DNA from: Veleropilina oligotropha
Taxonomy: Eukaryota
DNA: 64,000 bases
Assembly: GCA_048128005.1 (NCBI GenBank)
Contig: JBEUKZ010000049.1
Coordinates: 62,001 to 126,000 of the forward strand
Direction: 5' to 3'
Shown here: piece after piece, positions 1 to 11,064 of the stretch
How the letters are laid out: each line of letters starts with the position of its first letter
How positions within the stretch are numbered: the first letter of the stretch is position 1
Notes under the pieces: generated by a model
What the model was told of the DNA's origin: nothing
The model's input: only the letters and a program-made list of their open reading frames with translations
Database searches by the model: none
Program-made: the position numbers and the translations under genes

Positions 1-2481
1 AAGTCGAAGCCCTTGATTATGGATTGGATCAAGCATTTTAAGTTAAGAATGGCGAGCAGAGCCATATACAATGCTCCCGTAATCAAGTTTTGATCTAATT
101 AAGGATCTATATAATCGGAGTAAAACTTTTTTATCAGCACCCCATTCAGTATTAGAAACTACTTTCATTAAATTTAAAGCTTTCTGACATTTAGCTTTAA
201 TATATTTGATATGAGGTATGAAAGTCAGTTTGCGGTCAAATATAAGGCCTAAAAATTTTAATTGGTCCACCACTGGAATCTCGAATTCATCCAGTTTCAG
301 CACAGGGTCGTCGTGTATTTCACGACGCTGGCAAAAGTGCATGCATTTAGTTTTGTCCTTTGATAATTTAAATCCATTCTCATCGGACCATATCTGTAAT
401 TTATTTAGGCCATGTTGTAACTGGCGTTCTATACTGTTCATATTTGTTGAACGATAGCAAATGCCAAAATCGTCAACAAATAATGAACAGTCAGTGCCAG
501 TACTAATACATTTGACGATACTGTTTATTTTAATACTGAATAGGGTGACTGATAAAATACTTCCTTGAGGGACACCCATCTCCTGGTCGTGAAGGTCGGA
601 GAGGGTGTCACCCACCTTGACTTTAAAAATTCGGTCCTCAAGGAATTTTGAGATAAAAGTGGGCAAGTTGCCCTTTAAGCCAAAATCAAACAAATCTTTC
701 ATAATCCCGTACTTCCATGTAGTATCGTAGGCCTTCTCTAGATCGAAAAAAACAGCAACTAAGTGTTGTCTGTTTAAGAAGGCCTCACGAACAAAAGTTT
801 CCAGACGTACCAAATGATCAATTGTGCTCCGGTTCCTACGGAATCCACTTTGATATTCTGTTAATAAATTATTGGATTCAAGATACCAAACTAATCTCTC
901 GTTTATCATCCGTTCCATGGTTTTACAAATACAACTCGTCAGAGCTATAGGTCGATAACTGTTTGCATGCGATGGATCTTTCCCTGCCTTGGGAACTGGA
1001 ATAACGGTAGCTTCCCTCCATGCGGATGGGAAGATTCCAGTTTCCCAAATGGTATTGAATAATGCAAGGAGAGTTGCAAGTGATGTTTCAGGTAAGTGCT
1101 TTAGTAACTGATAGTGTATATCATCAGGACCAGCTGATGTGTCATGTGCCTTGTTTAGTGAATCTGTGAGTTCTTTGCGTGTAAATGGTTGATTGTATGA
1201 TACAGAATTGTTAGATCTAAAGTTTAGCCTTGTTTTTTCCTTTTGATGTTTGAAACGGGTAAATTTTGGTGTACAGTTATCGGATGATGAATTGCCAGAA
1301 AATGTATCTGCCAAAGTATTTGCAATGTCTTTAGCTGAGGTTGCTTCTGAGGTGTTTGTTTTAATGTGCTTGATGCAGTTGGGTATATGTTTGCCGCTGA
1401 TTTTACGGATCATATCCCATGTCTTTTTAATAGTGGAACGAGAGTTTAGTTTGGTAACATAGGAATGCCAGGATTCCCTTTTGCTTTGTTTGATGGTACG
1501 TCTGGCTTTTGCCCTTAGTAGCCTATAGCTATTAAGGTTTTGTAGTGTTGGGTGCTGTTTAAATGTTGAAATTGCATGTATGCGTGCTTTGATTGCTTGT
1601 CTGCAGTCTTCATTAAACCACGGTTTACTTTTGTGTTTTGCATTTGGACAGGTCTTTGGAATTGAGAGTGTTGCAATGTCATGTAATGTCGTAGAGAAAC
1701 TTGATATTGGGTCATCGCCATTAGTGAAGTTGTTTGAGTATAATTGGTCTTCGCAAAGGGATTGGAATCTTGGCCAATCAGCTTTGTAAAGTTTCCACCT
1801 TTCAGTGTATGTTTGTGCTTGGTTAATTGTGCTTTCCAGGAAAATTGGAAAGTGGTCGCTTCCGCGGAGGTCCTCACCAACTTTCCAAGTAAAGTCCAGG
1901 AAAGCAGATGGGTCGCACATGGTAAGGTCAATGGTGGTAAGTGAGCCTGTAGGTGGATGCATGTATGTTGGCGATTTGGTAGTATTAAATAAACACAGAT
2001 TGTGTTTCCCAATAAAGTCCTCTATTTGATGTCCCCGTTTATCTGTATCAGTACCGCCCCAATCCGTACTGTGGGCGTTAAAATCGCCACACAATATAAA
2101 TGGGGTCGGTAGCTGATTGATGAGATTGTCAAGGTCAGTAGGTCGTAAGTTTGTACTAGGTGGTAAGTATACCGAGCAGATAGTTATTACTCGGTGGGTC
2201 GATATTTTCACTGCTACTGCCTGTAAGTTTGTGTTTAGGTTGACCTGACTGTGTCATGTTCTGTTGTTGACAATGATTGAAACCCCCCCTGTTGCTTTGT
2301 CACCTGTGGTGACAATGTGATTGTATAGTGAGTGGTCTTTGATATGTATGTTGTCTGTGAGTTTCATGAAGGTTTCATTAAGACATAATGCTGTTGGTTT
2401 GTGTTCTTGAATTAATAGACTGATCTCATCAATATTAGGTTTAATGCCTCTACAATTCCATTGTATTATTGTGCCTGACAT
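1..2481 (-). pseudogene. LINE ORF2 (APE endonuclease + reverse transcriptase) with nonsense codons
   Basis: QWNCRG, GDFNAH, SDHFPI (APE); FDLEKAYD, GVPQGS, FVDDF (RT). Stops at ~2254 and ~43 where the second copy has CCA (Pro) and TAC (Tyr). Confidence 0.9.
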
Positions 2482-2539
2482 GTTGGTTTAATGGTGTGTG
2501 TATTAAGATATTTGTTTGTAATGTTATGTTAAAATTTGC

Positions 2540-4015
2540 CTATTTATTCGGTGGAAGTACGGGCTTGATGGGAGGTTTTGGCTTGTGCGGGCGATCCAAT
2601 GGCTGATCGCTTTCCATTGGATCGTTGGCAGGAGGAAGCGGCCCAGGTGTTTCGGGGCTCTCCTCCGTCTGTCGGTGTAACTTGTCTGCTGCCGCCTTCC
2701 CACCCTTCATGGCAGCAGCAACAATTTCCGAAGCAAGGTCCTCTATAATAGTATCGGTATCAATTTGGTCATCTGATGGTTCGTTGGTATCCATCAGGTG
2801 ACCAAAGCGATTATACAGCTTAATGGGGTTCTCGGACCCTTTGGGCTTTCTCTCTGATTTTGTATGTTTCCTAGAGGCTGCTGCTTTAGGGACAGCAGCA
2901 GTCTCTTTTGTAGAGTTGCGAGTAGGTTTTGTTGAGGGTTTAATAGGTTTGATTGATTTTGTTTGGGTTGATTCTGATGATGATGATGCTAAATTGTTTC
3001 GAGATGGCAAAGTACTGAAGAATGCTTCGCCAAATGGCCAGGTAATGTCGGTTTGTGTCGAAGAGGATCGAGTGACTGGCTTTTGCTCCGGTGCTGCAAC
3101 AATTGCAGCATAGGATCTGCCCGAAGTAGTGCAGGATTCCACCAGTTTCCTGGCATCCGGGAAAGAGATCCGGTCGATAGTCTTGACCCTCTGGATCTCT
3201 TTCTCGTGCTTCCACTTCGGACAGTCCTTGGAGTAAGCGCAATGCTTACCCCTGCAGTTACAGCATAGTGGTGGCTTGGAGCACGAGTCAGACTCGTGAC
3301 CCTCTTCGCTACATCGAGCACATGCGGGATTCCTTCTGCATCGGTCCTTGTGATGCCCAAATGACTGGCATTTGAAGCATCTCAAGGGATTTGGAATGTA
3401 GGGCTCTACAGGGATGTTAATATAACCTGCTTTAACGTACTTTGGAAGTACTGGAAGGCGGAAGTCCAGGATGATGGTGTTAATGGGGACTTTCTTCCCA
3501 TCCTTGAACATTGTCAGGCGTGTAACCTTCGTTACACCCTGACTCGACATGCCTTCCAGCAGTTCGGGTTCACTGCATCCCTGCAGGTCCCTAGATCTAA
3601 TTACTCCCTTGGAGCTATTCAAAGACCGATGCGGTCTGACTTCGACTGGAATGTTAACAAATTTGTCAGAACGAAGTAGATTCTCCGCATGGCTCTTCCT
3701 GGCGCATTCCACCAGTAGTGTGCCATCGCGAAGTTTTTTGACCGATCGAGGTTCGCCCGCAAGGCCGAGGATGGCCTTGGAGATGGCGAACGGACTCAGA
3801 GAAGTGATTTGAGTACTTGAGTTAAGTGCCTCGATCGTCAAAAAACGAGGCCAGCTTTCCGGTACAGGAGGTGGAGGATTTGGCTTGTAAGGAGCCTCTA
3901 TCTCCGGGTCATATGGAATTGACCGGATAGCGGCCATAAATTTAGCATCATCGTCGTCAGAATCAATGTCATCTTTATTTTTGCGCCTCTTCAGTGCGTG
4001 AGTGTGGTGTGCCAT
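2540..4015 (-). CDS. LINE ORF1 gag-like nucleic-acid-binding protein
   Basis: 491-aa ORF with PLRCFKCQSFGHHKDRC, CARCSEEGH..C and CCNCRGKH..C zinc knuckles. Confidence 0.9.
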   Translation of the reverse strand: MAHHTHALKRRKNKDDIDSDDDDAKFMAAIRSIPYDPEIEAPYKPNPPPPVPESWPRFLTIEALNSSTQITSLSPFAISKAILGLAGEPRSVKKLRDGTLLVECARKSHAENLLRSDKFVNIPVEVRPHRSLNSSKGVIRSRDLQGCSEPELLEGMSSQGVTKVTRLTMFKDGKKVPINTIILDFRLPVLPKYVKAGYINIPVEPYIPNPLRCFKCQSFGHHKDRCRRNPACARCSEEGHESDSCSKPPLCCNCRGKHCAYSKDCPKWKHEKEIQRVKTIDRISFPDARKLVESCTTSGRSYAAIVAAPEQKPVTRSSSTQTDITWPFGEAFFSTLPSRNNLASSSSESTQTKSIKPIKPSTKPTRNSTKETAAVPKAAASRKHTKSERKPKGSENPIKLYNRFGHLMDTNEPSDDQIDTDTIIEDLASEIVAAAMKGGKAAADKLHRQTEESPETPGPLPPANDPMESDQPLDRPHKPKPPIKPVLPPNK

Positions 4016-4551
4016 AGTGTTATTGTAAGTGTTTCATCACCCGAGGTCCCCGCCCACCCCGGAGCCCAACAAGGGGGCATTTAACGGGTGCGGAGTTCCA
4101 GCACCCAATGCCAGGGATACCCGGGTGATATACTCAAATAAGTGAATGAATATTAGTGGTGGGAAGTGTATATCCCACCATTCATTCCTCACTTGATTGG
4201 CCCTTCAGCCACCGCCTTCTGGGATATAGATCAATGGATGTTAAGTGATCTATGATATGACATGTTTTTAAAATGTAAAATTTAAATGATGTTATGTTAA
4301 AATTAGATTATCCCAGGGCACGGCGTGACAAGCCGATTGATCAGATAGGGCCTATCTGACCTCCCGTCTAGCTGAATCCGAGGCCAAAGTAGTGTGTTGC
4401 CTCAGCCTAGACTGAAGCTCAACTACCAGGACCCTCTTTTCCAACGTCACGGGTCGCCACCCACGGCCAACAGGTGGCTCCCATTTGGGGGGATCTTACC
4501 CCTCTGCAGGGAGAGCAGTCGGCATATTCTAACCCCTAACCGACTGGGGGG

Positions 4552-4960
4552 CCGATTGAGTGGGTCCTACAATTTGCATTGACAGCGGACTTTTGAATGG
4601 TATTAGACTTTCTCGTTCCCACCACGAGGGTCGTGCTTCTTCCACGTTGCATTCCATGACTAATGAAGATGCGAATACACACCATGGTTCCTCATTCATT
4701 ATTATACTGATCATGTGATTACAAAATACTATATTTGCAGGGTTGTCGAATGGATAAGAGCTTTGCTCCAATTTACCCGACCACAGCGGTTTTCCTCTCG
4801 GTGACTGTGGTATCGGACACAGCCGTAATCGTTCGGTGAGGGTGGGTTTCACCAGATATATGCAGGCTTGCCTCCATGGTAATATGGTCATGTCCTGGTA
4901 TGAATCCGAGAGGGTGTTAAATATGACCAAAACTAAAAAAAATCAATCCAAACAACAAAC
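4552..4960 (+). mobile_element. Degenerate SINE related to the 61706-61964 SINE
   Basis: 3' part (ggtgggtttcacc...atatggtcatgtcctgg...gttaaatat) resembles the SINE core and tail at 61706-61800; A-rich/caaa tail; boundaries approximate. Confidence 0.45.
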
Positions 4961-5085
4961 CTATCAGTTATTTTGTTGTCCATTTGTAAAACCACAACAA
5001 CACATTATTGGATATATATATATAGGTGTTTTAATACGATTACAATTCACATGTGTATATTATGCACGCTTACCATTACGTTTTG

Positions 5086-6408
5086 TTATGGCATTATATA
5101 TCTAATTTCGCGATTCTTATCCACCTCTATTAGCGAAGGAAACTCGGCGTAGGCGATGCAGCTGACAGTTTCTGGAAGCGGTGTTCTAAATTTTACTTCC
5201 AGTCGAGTGTTTCCTCTCCTGATCAAATTAACGTAGCGTTCACCATCCAAGTTTCGTGCATCCAATTTAAAGGAAAATATACAGAAACCTTTTGAAAATT
5301 CACTTCGCTTAATATTTAGTCCGTTTTGTAAATCCGATGAAGAGGACCCCTCAAATAAACTGGCGAATGCGGATACATAATTATTGTTCGCTCCAAAGTC
5401 TAGTTTCATTGGACGGGATGGGGTGCTTTCGCCGTCTAGATACAGGGCAATTTCTGATATATTGAAGTGTTGAAAATTAAACGGATTTTTAGAATAACTC
5501 CCGCTCACTGCCATTTGAGACACGAAAGTGATAACAACACGATTTGGTTTAGCGTTTTGAAACATGTTGTCCCATAAAAACTCGTTAGAATTAGTCGGTA
5601 TAGTGTTCATTTTAACCTCTGTTCTGGTCAGGTAATATTGAACTGGTTGACGTTCAATTTCCTTTGTGTGGGCCATGATAATTCCAGGATCAACTCTCGC
5701 TTTACAAGCCCTGAATACAACATCTTCTATGATTATTTTGTAATCTGCATTTATCTCTGCCGACATGAGAGTGAACTGAGGGGTTGCTCGATATAGTTTG
5801 ATGAATACATCAACACCATTGATGAGGTATTTGTCAAGACTGAATAAATCCCCTAAAAGCGGACCTTGCATATCGAAAGATCGACTCTCTTTCGTATGGT
5901 AGTAACGTCTTGCCAATCCTTTATTTACAGTCGTTTGTGGGTCTCCGGCATCCATGGGAGGACTATCTAGCTCGAACAGTTCGCATTGTAGCTGGCTCTC
6001 TTGCCTGTCATGCCCCGTGTTCAATATCGTTTTAAAGTATGCTTTAAACGGATAGTTCGTGGTATTCAATGACACCAATTTTCCATTTAGGTATATATCC
6101 ATTTGACTCCAAATAGTTTGTAGGGGCATGTTGATAATACCCACTTTCTCATTTTCCGACAACGCTGATCCATCTGCTTTAATGATTTTCGCTTTGACGT
6201 ACAGCTGGGATTTGTTCAAGTTCATGTACTCCGGTCCTTGTCCGGGAACTACGATTTCAACTGGAGATGAATCCGTAGCAATGGATGAAATTGGTCGACA
6301 TTCAGAGAAATACTCTTTCTCAATTGCCACCTGATTGGGAGGAAGTGTGAATAAAGAGAGTTCGATAGGCTGTGCAATCTGCTGATTTGTCTCGCTGAGA
6401 AAAGACAT
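5086..6408 (-). CDS. Maverick major capsid protein (PY, double jelly-roll)
   Basis: N-terminal ELSLFTLPPNQVAIE, DKYLINGVD, KNPFNFQHFNI, C-terminal AYAEF..IEVDKNR match the recalled animal Maverick MCP pattern; 440 aa, intact. Confidence 0.85.
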   Translation of the reverse strand: MSFLSETNQQIAQPIELSLFTLPPNQVAIEKEYFSECRPISSIATDSSPVEIVVPGQGPEYMNLNKSQLYVKAKIIKADGSALSENEKVGIINMPLQTIWSQMDIYLNGKLVSLNTTNYPFKAYFKTILNTGHDRQESQLQCELFELDSPPMDAGDPQTTVNKGLARRYYHTKESRSFDMQGPLLGDLFSLDKYLINGVDVFIKLYRATPQFTLMSAEINADYKIIIEDVVFRACKARVDPGIIMAHTKEIERQPVQYYLTRTEVKMNTIPTNSNEFLWDNMFQNAKPNRVVITFVSQMAVSGSYSKNPFNFQHFNISEIALYLDGESTPSRPMKLDFGANNNYVSAFASLFEGSSSSDLQNGLNIKRSEFSKGFCIFSFKLDARNLDGERYVNLIRRGNTRLEVKFRTPLPETVSCIAYAEFPSLIEVDKNREIRYIMP

Positions 6409-6409
6409 A

Positions 6410-6859
6410 TTACGTCGTCGACCATATATCCTTGAAAGATTTCGCGGATTTGTTAGTTTTCTTCGATTTAATTTTACGACTGTCAGAAACAGGCTTCAGC
6501 GAGCGTTTTATAGCCTTGCGTCGGCTTTTCGTGGTAGAAGCGGATTGGTTAATATTGCTTTTTCGACTTAGCTTGGGTTCTACATGCGGAGTGTCCTCGT
6601 CTTTTTCTCGTTGTAAGTTCTCTTTAGCACGTTCAACGACTGTAGCAACGGGGGTCATTTTTTGTAGAGAATCATCTTCCGCATGTTGATTTACTGGTAT
6701 GAGAAAAGACTTTTTGTATGCTGGATATTTTGCGCTACCCTTCTTTCCGTAAGAGTGCGGGTCGAATTTTTTATCAAATATGTTTTCGTAAAATTTCCTC
6801 CACACCTCCGGACTTGACGTGTAAACCACTGAAGACATTATGCGGAAGCAGGGTTTCAT
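6410..6859 (-). CDS. Basic K/R-rich protein, putative core (pVII-like) protein
   Basis: 149 aa, very basic C-terminal half ending DIW, immediately upstream of the MCP. Confidence 0.55.
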   Translation of the reverse strand: MKPCFRIMSSVVYTSSPEVWRKFYENIFDKKFDPHSYGKKGSAKYPAYKKSFLIPVNQHAEDDSLQKMTPVATVVERAKENLQREKDEDTPHVEPKLSRKSNINQSASTTKSRRKAIKRSLKPVSDSRKIKSKKTNKSAKSFKDIWSTT

Positions 6860-7260
6860 TTCAACTCCAATTCACACGTAACTGTTCCGTCTAGAAAAGA
6901 TACAGCACTACCGGTTCTGTCTTTTATATATACGTGCACCTGCTGAAGTTGTCCGAGTCTAACTGGCACAAAAAAAGGATTCCAGAATATTTTATTCACC
7001 ACGGCTTTGACCCCCATATAAACTCTTTGCAATAAAGGCTCTTCCTCTCCTCCAACCATAGTGTCGTCACATAAGTTACAGTATATATATACATCATCTG
7101 GTACGCGGTTTGTAGACCAAGAGTTGACAGTGAATGCCCTCAACGCCACGAACCACTTTCCCTTTAAAACCAACGATCGGCGAAGTTGAACTTTGAAATC
7201 ATAGGGGAGATTATTCGGAAACAAATTCAAACAATCGCTAGAACGCAACACGAGTCTCAT
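6856..7260 (-). CDS. Maverick minor capsid (penton-like) protein, short form
   Basis: LVLRSSD..FPNN..DFKVQL, W.VAL, VYIYCNLC..TMVG..PLL, IKD..G..VSF..G.V..EL. Confidence 0.75.
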   Translation of the reverse strand: MRLVLRSSDCLNLFPNNLPYDFKVQLRRSLVLKGKWFVALRAFTVNSWSTNRVPDDVYIYCNLCDDTMVGGEEEPLLQRVYMGVKAVVNKIFWNPFFVPVRLGQLQQVHVYIKDRTGSAVSFLDGTVTCELELK

Positions 7261-8366
7261 TATTGTTGAGCAATCTTTTTAATATCAGATTGTGCAATCC
7301 AGGAATTAAATTTATGCCCCCATCCTAACCATTTCACAAAAACTAGTCTTTTGCCAGATTTACTCCTTCTTTTTATTATCTTTTCAATTTCCCAAACAGA
7401 TTCTTTATTTTTGTTAACTTTTTGAAGCTTGTGCACGTAAAATGATCCTTTTAATGACTCACCGCTAAAATCTTGCAGTTTGAAAAGCATCAATCCTCCC
7501 TCACTGCACTCTTCTTCGACAATGAAGATTTCTCTCGTCCACTTTTCGTCATATGTTCGTTGAAATATTTTCTTGAAGTGCGTTATTCTAACGTAATCAC
7601 CAATTTTAATTTTGCTCCGAGATGCGTTAACCTGATCCTGAGCGTTGACATCTCTGTATTGTCTCTTCCACAACGACGCTTCGTTTTCGGAATTTACTTC
7701 GTTGGGAGACATGTGTCCTAGCGACCTGTGTGGTCTGGCATTGTAATTTCCTACTAGATCACTCAAAATATTTATATATCTGTACGTTTTGTTTCTCGTA
7801 AAGTATCTATACATCAAGTCTTTTAAAGATCGAATGACTCTCTCCACATAATTCGCTTTCAGTTCATTTTCCGTCAAGAAATGTTTCACCCCGTGCAAAA
7901 TCAGAAATGCCTTCATTTTTTCATTAGTAAATTCTTTACCCTTATCCGATCTTATCGTCCACGGTTTCCTTCCTATGTCAAAAATAGACCCTAATGAGTA
8001 TACGACTTCCGATGCAGTCTTATTCTTCAGCGGCATCACCCATAAATGTCTTGAAAAAATATCTATTGCGCAAAGCAAATATTTCACATCATCGTTATAT
8101 TTAGAAATATTACTAACATCGGCTAGATCTATATCCCACTGCGAACCTATTCCACTGACGATAACACGACGTCTGCGAAACTTGTACCGAGCTGGTCTCT
8201 GCAGACTGAAGGAATCCTGATCTTGAAGCCACTGCTTAATTTTTCTCCTGCTGATAGCGAATTTTCCCTCTTTTCTAACAATTCTGAACAGTTTATCAGG
8301 ACCGGCATACGCGCCAGGACGTGCGACATCGTAATATATAGATTCCAAATAGTCATCCATTAACAA
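7260..8366 (-). CDS. rve-type DDE integrase with C-terminal chromodomain
   Basis: WDIDLAD, RSDKGKEF, ANYVERVIR triad; WEIEKIIKRR..VKWLGW..FNSWI chromodomain. Confidence 0.92.
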   Translation of the reverse strand: MLMDDYLESIYYDVARPGAYAGPDKLFRIVRKEGKFAISRRKIKQWLQDQDSFSLQRPARYKFRRRRVIVSGIGSQWDIDLADVSNISKYNDDVKYLLCAIDIFSRHLWVMPLKNKTASEVVYSLGSIFDIGRKPWTIRSDKGKEFTNEKMKAFLILHGVKHFLTENELKANYVERVIRSLKDLMYRYFTRNKTYRYINILSDLVGNYNARPHRSLGHMSPNEVNSENEASLWKRQYRDVNAQDQVNASRSKIKIGDYVRITHFKKIFQRTYDEKWTREIFIVEEECSEGGLMLFKLQDFSGESLKGSFYVHKLQKVNKNKESVWEIEKIIKRRSKSGKRLVFVKWLGWGHKFNSWIAQSDIKKIAQQ

Positions 8367-8575
8367 ACTGTATCGGAGACCACTGTATGAGTTTGTTTTA
8401 TGACCAACAGACGAATCTCATAACAACACGGGTAGTCGAACGAAACCATTTTGGCTCCATCTATTGCAGCTTCGAGAGATTCGAACGTTTTCATAGATTC
8501 CGAGAACACTTCCTTCTTTCCGTTAAAACAGCCGATGTAGCGCCAAACGTATGTCGCGGTGAGCGATTCTTCCAT
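8360..8575 (-). CDS. Small Maverick hypothetical protein
   Basis: 71-aa ATG ORF whose stop overlaps the integrase start. Confidence 0.45.
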   Translation of the reverse strand: MEESLTATYVWRYIGCFNGKKEVFSESMKTFESLEAAIDGAKMVSFDYPCCYEIRLLVIKQTHTVVSDTVC

Positions 8576-9521
8576 ACCGATCTGGGTTCAAAGTCTCCTA
8601 TAATATCGGACACACCGATCTTCTGACGTCCTCGAAGAGCGACTGAACAATATCATTTAACTCACTACTTATTATACCATTATGCAATTCGTTCCCCTAG
8701 GCCTACTTTTCCTGTCCCTGAATTCTCGGTGATGAACCTTTTACTACACAATCAAATTTTGTCCAAGGCTTGTAAATTCGAACGAAGTGTTATTATATCA
8801 TATACCATATGATGCTTATCGTAAAATAAATAATAAAATAGATCGCATGACCTCCTTACAGTTCAAAATGATCTCACCAACAACCAATTTAGTTCTTATA
8901 TTTTCAACTTTCATCGCTATTAATTACACTCATTATTATTCACATATAGAGTCGGAAATGTGTCTGAATTATTATTATTACACACGTCGAACGTGAACCA
9001 GCAACATAACAAACCTCTTTACTGATAGAAACACGTTTTATTAGTCGTTAGTTTAGTATACCCGTTCGAACGCGAGCAAGCAAGCAATTAACGTTCTCTA
9101 TCGATAAAAACCAGTTTTGTCAGTCGGCGCACGATGGCGCGCGCATCCGGAGAGTTAAGGAAGTAACGAGTTGTCTACCCTAGACGCCATACGGTCAACG
9201 CTAAAGGAGTTATTTATAGAACACCACCTATTTCGAATCACATAACACTACTGATGTCAAATGTCATATCTCGAAAGGAATGGAGCGGAAGATTGAAATG
9301 AATACATGTAGGTTCATCTTTGTTGAGTCTAGCATAGCGTAAATGTTCGCTTAATCTATGTTTGAATTCACGTTTGGTTTGGCCCATTTACTGTAGTTTG
9401 CATCCCTTACAAGTGATCAGATAAATGACATTGCGTGATTTGCAGTTGCCAACCGATCGTTTCCGGTACCGTTTATAGTGTGGGTACTTTTGAAGTGTTG
9501 AGATTGAGAAATCCACAAGCA

Positions 9522-9812
9522 TTTGCTACAAGTGGGGTTGTTGCATGTATCGGGTGTGACCGTTGTGACTGAGGCATCAGTTCTACGGTTAGGATAGGCT
9601 GATCGTATCAGGATATCCCGGAGGTTTGTGTTCCTTTTGTATGCAATAAGTGGTTGTGGTGCCGTTTGCTACAAGTGGGGTTGTTGCATGTATCGGGTGT
9701 GACCGTTGTGACTGAGGCATCAGTTCTACGGTTAGGATAGGCTGATCGTATCAGGATATCCCAGAGGTTTGTGTTCCTTTTGTATGCAATAAGTGGTTGT
9801 GGTGCCGTTTGC
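9522..9812. repeat. Tandem duplication, ~143-bp unit, two copies
   Basis: tttgctacaagtggggttg... starts at 9522 and again at 9665. Confidence 0.9.
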
Positions 9813-10404
9813 AGCAAGTTTTGATGGCTTGGGTAGCCTCTGGCAAATCATCAGGGTGTTTTTCCGCTAAATCCTTTTTGTACGAAGATTTTTCGGTCTC
9901 TAGAGTGTCAAGTGAAATCTAAGAGAAGATTCACTGGTTCTAAAGAGCAAGAGGAAAGGACTGTGGTCCATTTCTCCATGAACACATTGTGTTTCAAACC
10001 CACATTGGGGGTGCATTTGACCACCAGTCCACGTGGGACTGAATTACGTTGAAGGCATTCTACGAGAAATCCGCATTGAGCTTCAAGTTTGGTGATTTTT
10101 GTGCTGGCATTGCGCCATTTGCGATAAATTGTTAGACAATCATTAGACAGGTTAGGTCTGCCTCGTTTGGTGGCCCGGATGTCCGGATCCGAAAAAGTTC
10201 TATAACGTTTAGATTGTCTATCTTGTTCGACATGGATAACAGAAGCACTGGGAGTGATATCGCTCTCCAGCAGGCTCATGTCGCTGTCCGTGTTGTTTGG
10301 TCTTGGGCCGAGTGGTGTCGACATCTCCCGAGTATGGAAGAGTAAAAAGACGTATATAGAAGTAGGAAAAGACCACTCAACTATACTGGGAGTGCGCCTG
10401 TGTA

Positions 10405-10465
10405 TAAGTAAAAATCCTGACCGGTTTCGACCTATGCGGTAGGTCTTCATCTGACAAATTACTTA
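10405..10465 (-). ncRNA. Minimal type I hammerhead ribozyme of Penelope element (core variant)
   Basis: Minus strand CAGATGA-A-GACCTA(CCGCA)TAGGTC-GAAA-CCGG-TC; palindromic CCGG stem III; TAAGTAA/TTACTTA distal stem I. Confidence 0.7.
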
Positions 10466-10466
10466 A

Positions 10467-11043
10467 TGTAAGTAATACTAAGTACAGTTCCCATTATGCT
10501 ATAACGTGTTAGAGTCAATGACTCTTGTATCGCTAAATAGCTGGGATTAAGTCAATTGGTTCAAACGGTATTTAACAGCGGTACGGCTTATAAGAACTTA
10601 GGGAGTGATTATAAAAACTCGGAAGGTTCATAAAAGTCGTTCGTACCACATAGTTGACACTATGCGTGTCACTATAAAAGTATAATTTTAAATATTGGCG
10701 ATTTCACAAGAAAATGCTGTAAATAAGGATTTAATATGAAATAGTACATAATATGCACCGTACATACAGTAGGAGATAATTAGTGCGAACTGTAATATAT
10801 TATTTATATGATTGCATTGCCTTCTTGTTATTATCGTTGTAATATGGTAAATAAACTGTTATTTATTATAAAGTGTTGTCTATGCAGACTCGTGCTGCTA
10901 TAATATAATTAGCGATATAGTTCAAGGTGTACCGCGATTCGTGGAGACGGTTTGATCCTGACAGATTGGTGTGACCAGTACGGAAGTAGAACACACCTCA
11001 CTGTTCAAACGAAGATAATATATTTGCAAACGAACCCGTAACA
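10467..11043 (+). repeat. Putative 5' LTR
   Basis: TG...CA boundaries, AATAAA ~10849; right end fixed by the adjacent PBS, left end inferred from the Penelope junction. Confidence 0.6.
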
Positions 11044-11045
11044 AA

Positions 11046-11064
11046 TGGTGTCAGAACTGGGGAT
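11046..11064 (+). promoter_or_regulatory. Primer-binding site (tRNA-Leu)
   Basis: TGGTGTCAGAACTGGGGAT, close to the complement of the tRNA-Leu 3' end (TGGTGTCAGAAGTGGGAT), 2 nt after the LTR CA. Confidence 0.8.

Larger units (their letters stand above)
1..4551 (-). mobile_element. I/Nimb-type non-LTR retrotransposon, copy 1 (5' end intact, 3' part runs off window)
   Basis: 5' UTR 4016-4551 nearly identical to that of copy 55229-61236; ORF1 with CCHC knuckles; ORF2 with APE and RT. Confidence 0.92.
5086..8575 (-). mobile_element. Remnant of a canonical Maverick/Polinton (integrase-penton-core-MCP block)
   Basis: Five abutting or overlapping same-strand ORFs of Maverick type; no TIR, pPolB, ATPase or protease visible nearby. 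Confidence 0.85.
9240..10465 (-). mobile_element. Penelope-like element remnant (RT deleted)
   Basis: GIY-YIG relic CKSRNVIYLITCKGC..*MGQTKR..RLSEH at ~9340-9450; AYKRNTNL.DIL linker; N-terminal ORF with FL.ECL....PRGL; hammerhead at 5' end. Confidence 0.8.
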
